Part shown: positions 34,395-45,402 of the stretch, piece after piece
How the letters are laid out: each line of letters opens with the position of its first letter
Numbering within the stretch: the stretch's first letter is position 1
NCBI GenBank assembly: GCA_943704425.1
Contig: CALSCP010001696.1
Location: forward strand, 21,504 to 72,670
DNA from: Ministeria vibrans ATCC 50519
Taxonomy: Eukaryota > Protista > Filasterea
Length of the DNA: 51,167 nucleotides
Reading direction: 5' to 3'
The notes under the pieces: model-generated
Told to the model about the DNA's origin: nothing
Seen by the model: the letters and a program-made list of their open reading frames with translations, nothing else
Database searches by the model: none
Position numbers and translations under genes: made by a program

Positions 34395-36708
34395 TGAATA
34401 CATGTGCAACTGTAAAGGACAAGAATAAGCACATACCTGAGATCCTTTCACGACAACGTAGCGACGAGGCCAGGACCCAATGAGACGGCTCTTCTTTTCG
34501 GTGACAAGCATGGCGCCGCCAAAGGCCATGGAGCCCTCCTTGTCGGGTTCAGCCATGGCGCCACCCCGGACAAACTCCTTCTTGTGCGCACGACAGAAAG
34601 CCATGGCCTGCTGCAACGTGTTCATCCAGTCCTTCATGGCCACCTCGCTGTCCGTTGCAAACATGTACACTCGCTTGCGAGCCGTAAATAGCTCAAAGCT
34701 GAAGGGGTAGCGGGGATCGATGCTGCGCGAGCGTTGCACTTCAATCATGATATGCTGGGAAATGATGCCGGCCGGCTCGGCGTCGGTCGACGAGCGGAAG
34801 TAGCGCAAATTACCGTCGCTGTAGGTACACCAGCGTCGCTTCCAGCCCTTGTTGTTGTTGGGACCGCCCTGTTTGGTCAAGAAACCACACAACTCCTTTG
34901 GGGGTTCGATGGCTGCGTTGGGTGCCTCCTCGTCGTCGAGTGCCTTGCTGCGGCGCTCCATCATGCTCGCCACGACGGGTGCCTGCTGGCCAGTGGGGCC
35001 CTTGAGTGCCGCTGCCATTTGGCGCGAAGGGAGTGTCGTGTGACGCTTCAACCGCGGTGGTGCAACAGGACCGGTCGCAATGCTCACGGGCCGACCCGAC
35101 GTTGGCGTGGTAGTCTTCGCTACGGGTGAGGCGGCGACTGTAGTGGTGCTGTGTGCAGTTGATGGTGTTCCGGTGCTTTCGGAAGTGGGTTTCGGAGCGG
35201 CGCTGCCACCGGGAGTCGCCTTGCGCTCGGGCACAAGGGGCTTTTTGGAGGATTTCGGTGGGAGCTCGGGTGGAGACGAATCTTTGTCGTCGTCCTCCTC
35301 CTCCACCTCGTCGCCTCTGTGAAGGTCGTTGAGAACGGCGGCAGCAATGGACGCTGGGTCATTGGCGTCGAGAGTATCAGCAGCACCCATGCTCACGCGC
35401 ATGCTCGGTGACGGAGTGTATCGGTCTAAGTCGGGTTCGCTGTCGGACCGAGGCGGACAGGAGTGACGACGTGAGCCGGTAGAGATGGACGAGAGGGAGC
35501 GTGGTTTGGGCCGAGCGGCGCCGGTGGAGTCGTTTCCGGCGCGTGTCATGTGAGTGTATTTGTGCGCCACCGAGTCCATCACGACCATGCCATCGTCGTC
35601 GTCGTCATTGTCGTCCGATTCGGACGACGACGAGTCAATCCCAACATCGTCTGCACCAATTTTGGCAGGGTTTGACAGGAGCGCTGCGAGAGGTGCCTCG
35701 GACTCGGTGTGTCGCGCACGATCACACAACGAACGTGCGCCCACCAGCAACTGCCGTCGTACATCCAAGAGGGTAATCTCCATTGAGTCAAGATCCTCCT
35801 GCAAAACACAAGCAACGCCATGAGTGTCTTCTTGGTTCGAACACATTGTACTCACCTCTGTCAACTCAGCACACACTTCAAGCTCGTCATAGCCAAACTC
35901 GATAAAATGATTGGTCCATCTAGAGAAAGAGGAAGAGAGAGAGGATAAAGAAACAGAGTGTGCATGTGAGTGAGAGAGGGAGAGAGAAGAGACAGAAAGA
36001 ATGAAACAGTGAAAGATCGAGACATCCCACAACAAAAACCAAAACCGAAAAATCAAGACACAAAAAACGCCAACAAGGTCCCCGCCACTGCGCTAAGCGG
36101 TGTCCTGCAACTGGAATTGTGGGTAGAAGAGAGGTTCCCGGTTGCCGATTGAGCGCAAAAGAGAAAAAAAAAAAAGAAAAAAAAACGCCACTGAGGCTCC
36201 TTTGACTGGCGAGCTCTCCTTCTGCGTCTGTCACACCGCCCAACCGGCACAGTCGCCAGCCACCGACAAGGGTGCTCAGACGCACCATGAACTCGGTGAG
36301 AAGACCGACCAAACTTGCAAACCCCTCAGAGGGCCCTGCACGTCGCCAATACCCTCAACTTGAGTCCAATAAGATGTGCAACGACGCTTCTTCCACCCTC
36401 GCTCCGCCAGATATTCCATCATTTTTTTTTTTTTTTTTTTCAAAACGAAGATTTCGCAAAAAAGTAAAAGGCTGAAGAATGCGAAAAACAAGAGATAGGG
36501 ATCCAAAAAGAGCAGAGGAAGAGAGAGGGAGAGATAGATGCAAGAGATGTATAGCAAAAGGGGCGGAGAGAAGAGAAGAGCAAAGCGGAGCGGTGTTTGA
36601 GTTGGTGAACGGTGGAAGTGTGAACGAAACAAACGAGTAAGAGACATACTCTGCAAGGCCGATGCTCGATAGCCAAGTAGCAACGGCTGAACCGTCTAAA
36701 CTGGCCAT
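29883..36708 (-). CDS. ARAP: ARAP-like protein: SAM-PH-PH-ArfGAP-ANK-PH-PH-RhoGAP-RA-PH (multi-exon)
   Basis: SAM VATWLSSIGLAE|WTNHFIEFGYD. PH domains (GFLTKQGG..WKRRW). ArfGAP CADC..[21 protein letters not shown]. Ankyrin TPLHVAA. RhoGAP EGIYRVPG, LLKLFFRSLPDPL, NKMTEQNLAIVFGPTL. RA-like segment. Terminal PH ..EMYEWIAA. Confidence 0.92.
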
Positions 36709-37084
36709 CGAGGGAGCAAAAGACAAAACTAAGAGACAAAACTCAAAAATTAAATGAATAAATAAACAAAGTAATTTTCAATCAGACAGCCCTCAAACAT
36801 AAACAGCACTCTTGCAGTGCTCACTTCAGCCACGCCACTGACATCAGGAATTCAGGATGTTGCAGTGTTGCCACTTGCCAGTGAGTGCTGAGTAGTAGTG
36901 ACACCGCTCACGCGTTGCAGACTCACAACCTTTTAGCAGACGAAGACCGAAGTCTAATAAAATAATATAAAAAAGTGAAGAAAAAAAAAAAAAAAAAAAA
37001 AAGTTCTCTCACACACGACATGACACACGCACAGCGCACTCAATATTAATAATAATGAATGGACAAAAAAAAAACAAAAAAAAA

Positions 37085-37165
37085 CGCGTAGGACAGGATT
37101 TGAACCTGCGCCTCCGAAGAGAAAGCATTTCTAGTGCTCCGCCTTAACCGCTCGGCCACCCACGC
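37085..37165 (-). tRNA. tRNA-Ser (anticodon AGA)
   Basis: The minus strand reads GCGTGGG TGGCCGAGCGGTTAAGGC G GAGCA-CTAGAAA-TGCTT, then a long variable arm TCTC-TTCG-GAGG, then GCAGG-TTCAAAT-CCTGT CCTACGC G. It has a G discriminator and is followed by an oligo-T Pol III terminator. Confidence 0.96.
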
Positions 37166-37369
37166 TGTTACAGATATATTTTAAAAAGTCCTCCAAATGT
37201 GCTATATGACTCTATTTTAAATTCGTTACATTCGCCACATCACAGATGCACTAGTAATCAATTTATAAAGGTCTATTATGTCTAGGACTTTTGTTTTGAA
37301 CGATAAATTCAATCAGAGAACGCAGTTTAGAATACAAATTAATGTTTCAACTCGCGAATAAATATAATA

Positions 37370-37869
37370 GTATCATTAATAAATGGGTTGTATTCTTCTT
37401 CTAATCCTAACCCGTTTTTCCCCCCCCTACCCAACCATATCTCTATCCTCATAATCTAACACACAGTCACGACAACAAGCACACCAGCCGCCCTACAGCC
37501 GACCCGCCCCGCCTGTGTACCACGGGAGCGCCCCGCAGCCACCTGGACTTGCCGCCGCCGACCACCGATCCGATTGCCTCAACCACGACTTCGACTTTAC
37601 ACTCCTTGCCGACAGACACCTTCATGGTGTCAGAGCCCTAAGCCTCCTCTGGGGGTATGGCGTACCATTGCGATTGCCTCACTGGATAGCGTCGACACAG
37701 CACTATGACCTGCCACTGTTCTCCCATGTTACCTCTAGAGTTTCGGTNNNNNNNCTGCCACTGTTCTCCCATGTTACCTCTAGAGTTTCGGTCGAGTTTG
37801 CAAGGCGGTCTGGCTGTGTCTTCGCGTGGTGACTGTATCATTAATAAATGGGTTGTATTCTTCTTCTTC
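37370..37869 (+). mobile_element. ~500-bp non-autonomous retroelement-like repeat with AATAAA and a (TTC)n tail, with its 3' end duplicated at its 5' side
   Basis: GTATCATTAATAAATGGGTTGTATTC(TTC)nTAAT occurs at 37370-37405 and 37835-37873. The 3' 58 bp also appear at 7479-7536. TAATAGT occurs at both flanks (37365-37371, 37870-37876). Confidence 0.65.
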
Positions 37870-37943
37870 TAATAGTTATTATTTTTTTTTTTTCTTTTGA
37901 CTTTTCTGGCTCGCGCGGTAGCGTCCCCCCATCGTTTCTCGCG

Positions 37944-40900
37944 ATGGAGATCTCACTAGACGAGGCTCTCAAAGAGTTTGGCGCGACGCACGACACGCCA
38001 ATAGGCGCCATCACAGCAATCTACAAGGTTCGCTTCTTTCTCCCCCACGACGACCCGCCACTGCACCCCGCGCACACGCACCCCGCACACATCGACACGC
38101 ACCCCAAGCCCGCTCCGCCTTTTTCTCTCTCCCACACACACACACTCTCTCTCTCGTATTCGCACTTTACGCTCTCTTTCTCACTTTCTTGACCTGTCAT
38201 TTATGTCAAACCTTCAATGCTTTTCTTCCTTCCAGGCCAAAGCGCTCGGGGTACATCCCGACAGGAACCCGGATCGGCTCGAGTGGGCTACCGCCGAATT
38301 CCAGCGCATCACACGGGCGTATCAGTGCATTCGGAAATGGGAGGCGGAGGGCCGTCAGCAGCAGACAACGCATGTTTATATCACCGACGTGTTCGATCCG
38401 ATGCGGGACTTACGGGGCCGCGACAATGGCGATGACAATGGCATCCACCACGATGACGACGAGCCCTATGAAGATTACTACGGCGATGACGACTTCGACG
38501 GCGAATACGACGATCACGACGAGGAGAACTTCGACGGCGAATACGACGATCACGACGAGGAGAACTTCGACAGAGAATACTTTGAGAACGAAGATGGGGA
38601 CGATTATGTCGCTCTCGCTCCAGGCGACCCTTACGACCACATGCCTCGTGAATTTCGTACCTTGGCTGATTTTCGCGCATTTGTCCTTGACAGCTGCTTG
38701 TACATCCCCGGGGGCAAGCATCTCTTCGTCGATGGTTTCGGCAACTCGTACACTGGCGTGGAATACACCTCCTACAGGTGCGGCGCATGCTCCCAACCTC
38801 ATTATGACTTAGAGCTTCTCTACGATCTTGTCAGAGAGATGGTCGCGCAGGGCTACGTCGAGCAACGCAACAGGGTCACCGCCCTCTGTCGTCGTTGCAA
38901 GCGTGGCGTCGACGACGGATGTGTCGTCTTTCGCTGCAAGGCCTGCTGCTTCCTGGACGACTGTGTCGTTCACAGCACCGAGACTGGTTCTCGACGTCAA
39001 ACTTCGAACGGTTCCTCCACTTGTGGCACCTGCTTGCGCAACGCTTCCAGCGCCGACTGTGAGATGCGCCGCTGTCGGGCCTGCTGTAATAGCGCTGTGT
39101 GTACAGGCCACAAGAATAAGCGCAAGCCAACGGCACAGGCATCCTCTACCTTCCCAGAAACAAAGCCAGTGAGGCCCATTCGCTCCGTCTGCTCCTGCAA
39201 CATGGCGCTGCTTGATGAGGAAAAGCAAGAGTGCGCCACATGCCAGTGTCGCAACTGCTGCTCCCACTCAGACTGCCCCATCCACCGCCGCTCCAAGGTT
39301 AAGTGTGTCTGCGGCCGTCCCCTCTCGATACTTGTCTCGCAAGCCTGCAAGAACAAACTGTGCAACCGTTGCTGCGACGACTTTGACTGCCGCGCGCACT
39401 TCAAGGATCCCGAGGAACGCCGTCGTCTCGAGCAGCAGCGCCGCGGTCAGGAGCAGGCCGAGCTTGAGCATCGTGAACAAGCGGAGCGCGAGGCGCGCGA
39501 GGCAGTCAAACAAAAGGAACGTGACCGTGAGGTGCTGGCGCGTCGAAAGGAGGAGAAGCGCGAGCGCGAACTTAAAAAGAAGCGCGAGGCGGCCAAAGCC
39601 GAAAAGGAGCGTCTGCAAAAGCTGCGAGAGCAGCAAGAACGGCGCTGCAGCGTCTGCGGCACAGCTCAGCGCTCCGGCAAGTGTACTCAGCGACGCTGCA
39701 CCAAGTGCTGCGACGACACCAAGTGCGCCATTCACGAGCGTGCCAAAAAGGAGGCACAGCGCCGTCTGCAGTCGCAGCGCGACAAGCAGCGCGCCGCAGA
39801 CGAACGCAAGGAGAAGCAGATGGTGGTGCAGGCCGAGGCGTTCCTCAAGAAGAAGCAACAGCAGGAGCAAGAGCAGGCAGAGGAACAACAGAAGGCACAA
39901 CGCTCTTCCTGCGATCAGCGCCAGGAGGCTGCCAAGGCGGCACACCTCAGCGAAGTCGAACAGCTCATGGCCTCCCTTCGCACCGACGATGACCGCAACC
40001 TCTTCCAGAGCCTGCATGATCTCGGTTTTAATGCACGCGCCGTCGCCATTGCCGTAAGGCGCAGTCCAGGTGACTACGATGGCGCTCTTGCCGACCTGCT
40101 CGACGTCAAGAGCATTATCGACGAGGCAAACACCAATACCACCGATAGCAGCTCAGTAGAGCCACTATCAACAGTGCCCGAGGTGAACCCGTCTCCTGCA
40201 CCCTCCTCAACGACTTCCACTGCCGAACCTACAGCGCCACTCTCTCCACCCGTCACGATCGTACCCACTCCAACTTTGCAGGATAGTGCCGATCGTGAGT
40301 CACAACAGGTCGCCATTGACTCGCTTGTGTCCATGGGCTTCCCGCACGCCGACGTCGTTGCTGCTCTGCGGCAGTGCCTCACCTTCCAAGACTCTCTTGA
40401 TTATCTTACCAACCGTGCCGCCGAGCAGCAGTTCCCGCCTCATCCACCACAACATCCGCACGCGGTCACTGCTGTTGCCACTGTTGCGCCGACTCCTCCC
40501 GATACTCTTACCACTGCTGCTGCTGATGCTTACCCGCCAACACAAACACCAACAACGGCAGCCGCTTTGTCTGCGCCCACTCGCGAGGCGAATAGCATGA
40601 CGCGCAAACAGGAGAAGAAAATGCGTCAGAAATTGGCGTTGGAACAGGAGCAATTGACTCGTGTGCGTACCGCTCGTCTTGATGCTGAACGCAAGAAGCG
40701 GGAGGTGACCAAGGCAAATTCACCTACTACCGTTACTGCAGCCGCTAACAAAGTTGCTGAGGCAGCCACAAGCAGTGCCCCTGTCTTCTCACCCGACGCA
40801 GCTCCCTTCGCTCCTTCCTCGTCGTTTACTCCCACTCCTTATTTTGCACCCGCCCCCTCCATGCCCAGCCTGCACCCCTCCCTCATGTCTGCATTTGCCC

Positions 40901-41711
40901 CTCCACCCCGCGCCGCAACGGTCTCCCCTACTCCTGCTTCCTACACCCCCTTTGGTGCCGCGAGTCCTTTTGGACCTCTCTCCTTCCAACAACAGACTCC
41001 CACCTCCGCCCCCTATCAAAGTTCGCCATTATTCACGTCTACGCCAGCCCCAGACAAGTCTCCGCCGCCGCCAGGTCCGCCTCCCCCCGACATTCAGAAG
41101 CATTCAAAGCCAACGAGGACTAACGGCACTTCGACAACGTCCGATATCCTTTCGAAAAAAAAATTCAAGGCGGTACCATCGGGTGGCCGCACTGCCTTTG
41201 TTGGAGACGGTCGTGGTGTGGTAAGCACTCGAAAACTGTGGAGTGCTGACGGCTCTCCAGCGGATGTGGTGGTGCTTTCGCGTGCTTCCCAATCTTCTGC
41301 AGCGACCACCACAACAGCTCCTCTTCCTTCTGTTGCTGCTGCTGTTGCTGCCGTTCCGAATGCGATTTCCCCTGCCCAAAAGAAGAAGAAGAAAAAGCCC
41401 AAGTACCAAAAGGTCGATCCCAAGGCATACCTATCGTTGGACGGGAGCCCACACGCCGTCACGTCGCAGGACCAGTGGCAGAAGCCTACGACAATAGTGC
41501 GACCACCGACCGAGACTGTGCCCACCGCTGCCACCGCCGCCGCCGAGCCCTTTGACGACGTGCAGATGCAGCAGGTGATTTCCCGCAGCCTCAGCGAAGC
41601 TCACGCGATGCAAAGGCCGCATCTTCAGCACAAGCAGCAACCACAGCAGCCGCAACAGCAGCCGCAACAGCAGCCGCAACAGCAGCCGCAACAGCAGCCG
41701 CAACAGCAGCC

Positions 41712-41753
<42 letters not shown>

Positions 41754-41892
41754 TCAACGAACGAATCGCGATATCGAGACGGACGCACTCCTCGCACAAC
41801 TCATCTCAATGGGATTTGATCCTGAACGCGCTCTTGCCGCTCTCAAGTCTGCCAGAAACGATGTCCAGCAGGCCATTGCGATGCTTGTCTAA
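37944..41892 (+). CDS. J-domain protein with five Cys-rich zinc-finger repeats, coiled coil, three UBA-like domains, UIM-like and PAM2-like motifs (2 exons: 37944-38027, 38236-41892)
   Basis: Spliced AIYK|AKALGVHPDRN..EFQRITRAY (HPD motif). Five copies of C..C-x-C-x4-CxxCC-x4-CxxH. UBA-like LHDLGF, LVSMGF and LISMGFDPERALAALKSARNDVQQAIAML. PolyQ/P tract. Confidence 0.85.
38492..38571 (+). repeat. In-frame 36-bp tandem repeat (FDGEYDDHDEEN x2 plus partial)
   Basis: ACTTCGACGGCGAATACGACGATCACGACGAGGAGA is repeated exactly twice, followed by ACTTCGAC. Confidence 0.9.
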
Positions 41893-42002
41893 GTGTGTTT
41901 TGTGTGTCTCTACTTCCTATGTGTGTGTATGAACTCGTTGTGTAATAAGAAGGATAAAAAGAAGCGTAGAGTACAAATCGGAAGATACAAATCAGCACAT
42001 GC

Positions 42003-43110
42003 TCAACCAGTGGAGTGAGTGACAATAGGAGCATACTCAAAGAGATAGAGTTTGAATGAGACAGCGACCGCCACATGAAAAGCAGCGACAGTCGCACAGA
42101 GGACAAGGGAAAGACGCGCATGGGCCGCATCGGACGCCAGAATGGAGTAAGTCGTCCGCACGAGAACACTCCCTGACACACAGAACGAGAGAGGGGAAAC
42201 AAGAGTGGATGTCCAGGAAAATGTGAAGAGATTGTGTGAGAAAGGAACAACAGGAAATTTAGTCATGATGGATTAAATAAATTACCGGAGAGAGCACAGG
42301 CTATAAAAATGACACTCCAACGAAGACCCTCACTGTTGATTATGCACAAGAGCTACAGTCAGAGGTAGGCAGAACAAATTGAAGTGAGGGAGAACCGTCC
42401 ACGACTGAAGACTTACGGAAACGGGAGCATAGGCAGCCATGGCATACCCATAGAGGCACACAAGTTCAAGAAAGGAGGGACGAGCAAGACCCGCCACCCA
42501 CCGCACCACAGCAAAGAGTCCAAAAGGGATGATGGTGATGTACGCGTAAATGACCGTCGCGGCCACAGTGACTTTGGTGAAATCGTAGCGCCAGTGGTCG
42601 TGAGACGCCAGATAGCTCGACAGATTGCCCGCCATCGCCATCAAGAAGATGAGGGTCGTGGCTACCCAGAAAGGGCCGTAGAGATCGGCACTCTGGTTGG
42701 GGAGGTGCACCAGGAAGGTCTTTTGCAAGGGATTCGACGCGCCGATCAGTCGCGTGAACACCATCCGGGTGTCCACGTTGAAAAACGCCTTGTAGTAGTC
42801 CAGGCTGTACACCGGTGGACCATACGCAGGCTCCGCAGTCCCTGTAGCAGACACGCCCGAGGCGGACGTCGTGCCAGCAAGCGGTGCTGGAATGGGAGCG
42901 ACGCGAGTGAGAAACAGCGCAGCAGCGCAAGAGACACGTACCGTTGTCGTCGCCATCTTCCACGATTTCAAGTTCTGCACGAGCAAGCGGGAGGGAGGGG
43001 GGACAAGCAGGGATCAGATGAGGGACCGTTTCAGACAGAGACAGAGAGGGAAAGAGAGAGAGAGAGTATACCTTGAAAATCGGTGAATGGATTGCTTTTC
43101 GGAGGATCCT
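42003..43110 (-). CDS. YIPF1/YIPF2-like Yip1-domain Golgi membrane protein (start uncertain)
   Basis: YYKAFFNVDT..VFTRL, ADLYGPFWVATTLIF..GNLSSYL, YDFTKV, FLELVCLYGY and C-terminal FKLYLF. Confidence 0.88.
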
Positions 43111-43394
43111 AAAGAAATTCGTGTCAGAACCCATTGGTTGTATACACATGAATGCACGCGTACTGGAAACAGAGAAGACATAGGAATAAATTGAGTGAAC
43201 TAATATTCTTTATTTTCAGTTCACACACAGTCTGACACAGAGAAACTCCCCGTGCGTACCGCACCGCTGCACGAGCCAGCCTCCAGCCTCCAATGCACAG
43301 GTAGGGTAATAATGGTGAACAAATTAACAAGATGAGTGGACAATTTTCGAAGGTTTGTTTTTTTCAATACAATAGATATGTACAAGGGATTTGG

Positions 43395-45288
43395 TCACTT
43401 GCCCAACTCAAGGGCAGTTGTTTCCCGAAAGACACTGGTCACAAGGTTGGAAATGCTCGCAAAGAGACCTTCGGGCAGATCAGGAGGCAAAATAAACTGG
43501 ACAGTGCGTTCGTCGGTATTACCCCACGAGTGCGTCTCCATCATGAAGCCTGCAGGCACACAGACGGAACGTGGTGAGCGCACATACACACATATATTGA
43601 GACAAACATTCAGACAGACGGACAGACAAGACAAGACAAACACATTCACATGCATGTCCATACACAAACATGCATGCATACAAATACACATACACATACA
43701 CATACCTTTGACACACTTGAGTACGAGCTCGGCACGTCGGAGGCACCAAGCGGGCGATGCTGAGTCTGGGAGGATATGGACCAGCAGCAGGGGCAGCGTA
43801 ATGTTGCGACAGTCGCACTGGAACGCCGAGAAGAGTACGTTGCGCAGGCCCGCAACGACGGCCGAGCGGCTGGACAGTGACGCTTTGGTCACTTCGTGGT
43901 CGACGGCCAGGTGGAAGGCGACGTGAAAGGACGCCAGGTTGCTGTGCCGCGTCACATAGACATCCCCCGTCTCCTGCATCACGTTTCCCTCTGCCCCTTG
44001 CCCCTCCCCCGCTTCCCCCCTCTGCAACTCCCCAAAGTCCCGCTCAATCCCCACCATCTGCTGATCGAGGTCCGCAAAGTGAAAGTCGGTGCTCTGCTCA
44101 CACAGGGTCGCAAAGTCCCGCCGTGTGCCTGGCCCGTAACTGAACCCTTTCTCGACGCACAGCACAAGCGCCGACAACGACCGCGAGTACAGTGTCATGG
44201 CTGTCTGCGCACGCTGCGCACTGACATCGCCCTGCTGCTGCGTGCCCCAGCGACACAGGTCCAGCATCGCCCCACTCACCAGTCGGATGTTCTGCGTCAT
44301 CTTCAACTGCGTCCCCAGATGGATCGTAAACGACTCCTCAATCTGTACGGGGTTCTCGCGCGGCGCGTGTCCTTCCAACGACGCCTGGGGGCCGAGCGCA
44401 AGAGAAGAAGTAGTAGCGGAGGCGGAGGTCACACTGTCGTGTCGCAACGCACCCGTTCCCGATGTGGCAATTCCCCCACCACTCGGCCGCGCATAGTACT
44501 CCATGACCGCTTGCTGCTGCTTCTGCGACACAATAGCCGACTGTTCGCGCAGTGCGTCCTGCTGCGAGATCACAAACTGGCGGTAGTCGCGTCGCTGCGT
44601 CGCCTTGAGCGCCGACAACTCGCTTGCCCACTGCACCTGGAGCATCTCCATCTCTTCGAGGTGGCGCCCCGTCAGCTGGTTCACCGCGTCGCGCGTCGTC
44701 GCTTGCGACTGTGACTCAAGCATTCGCTCCAGCTCGCGCTGCTGGCGCGCCCCCAGCACGGCCACTGCGCGATCGCGTCCTTGCAGCACTTCGCTCACGG
44801 CAAACGCGTACTTTTCTTCGAGCTGCAACAGCGTCAGGCAGCTCGGCGAGTGGATCAGGGAGTGGTACAGCTCGGAGAACTCGTCGGGAATGCGAGCGTC
44901 CGCGTACCGCTCGTGCTCGTCGTGAAAACGCCGCACAAGTCGGTCGATGACCACTGCGGGTTGTGCGCGATACGCTTCAAGAGCCGCACGCGACTTCTCG
45001 TCCTCGCGGCGCGTTCGCTCCAACGACATCAGTGTGGACAACGTCGACTGTAGCGACGACAGCAGGTGGAAGGGCACGCGCTGGTCGCGAACGAGTCGTT
45101 CCGCGACAATCAAAGCGTCTTGACAATCGAGATCATAATGTAATTATTTACTTTGGAGTCTCTTGTTAGAGATTACCTTCATCGAGAGCGACGCCAAAAC
45201 TGATCGCATACTGGGTGCCCGAGTACGATATGTACGCAGTCGAGGTAAACGGGGTGGCTGGAGGTGCTTCGTCCGACTCGATGTCCAT
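43395..45288 (-). CDS. C12orf4: FERRY complex subunit 3 (C12orf4) homolog
   Basis: YHSLIHSP, QRRDYRQFV, EESFTIHLGTQLKMTQNIRL, STDFHF, GDVYVTRHSNL..HVAFHL, ITLPLLL, WCLRRAELVLKCVK|GFMME..RTVQF. Confidence 0.9.
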
Positions 45289-45402
45289 TTTGAAGTGATC
45301 TTGAATAAAAAAATTAATTCNNNNNNTTATTATTATTATTATTTTGTATAGAATAGATCAATTCTTGCGCTTTCGCTTTCTTTCTTTCCTCACGACTACC
45401 CA

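Noticed and set aside
37402-37413. Telomere-like CCTAACCC at the start of the repeat body
   Set aside because: Barely more than one repeat unit, so it cannot be distinguished from chance.
37710-37792. 38-bp direct repeat CTGCCACTG...GTTTCGGT
   Set aside because: The two copies flank a 7-N gap, so this is most likely an unmerged contig overlap and not a biological repeat.
37515-37832. 105-aa ORF in the repeat upstream of the tRNA
   Set aside because: Non-ATG start, spans a gap, and has no RT or endonuclease motifs.
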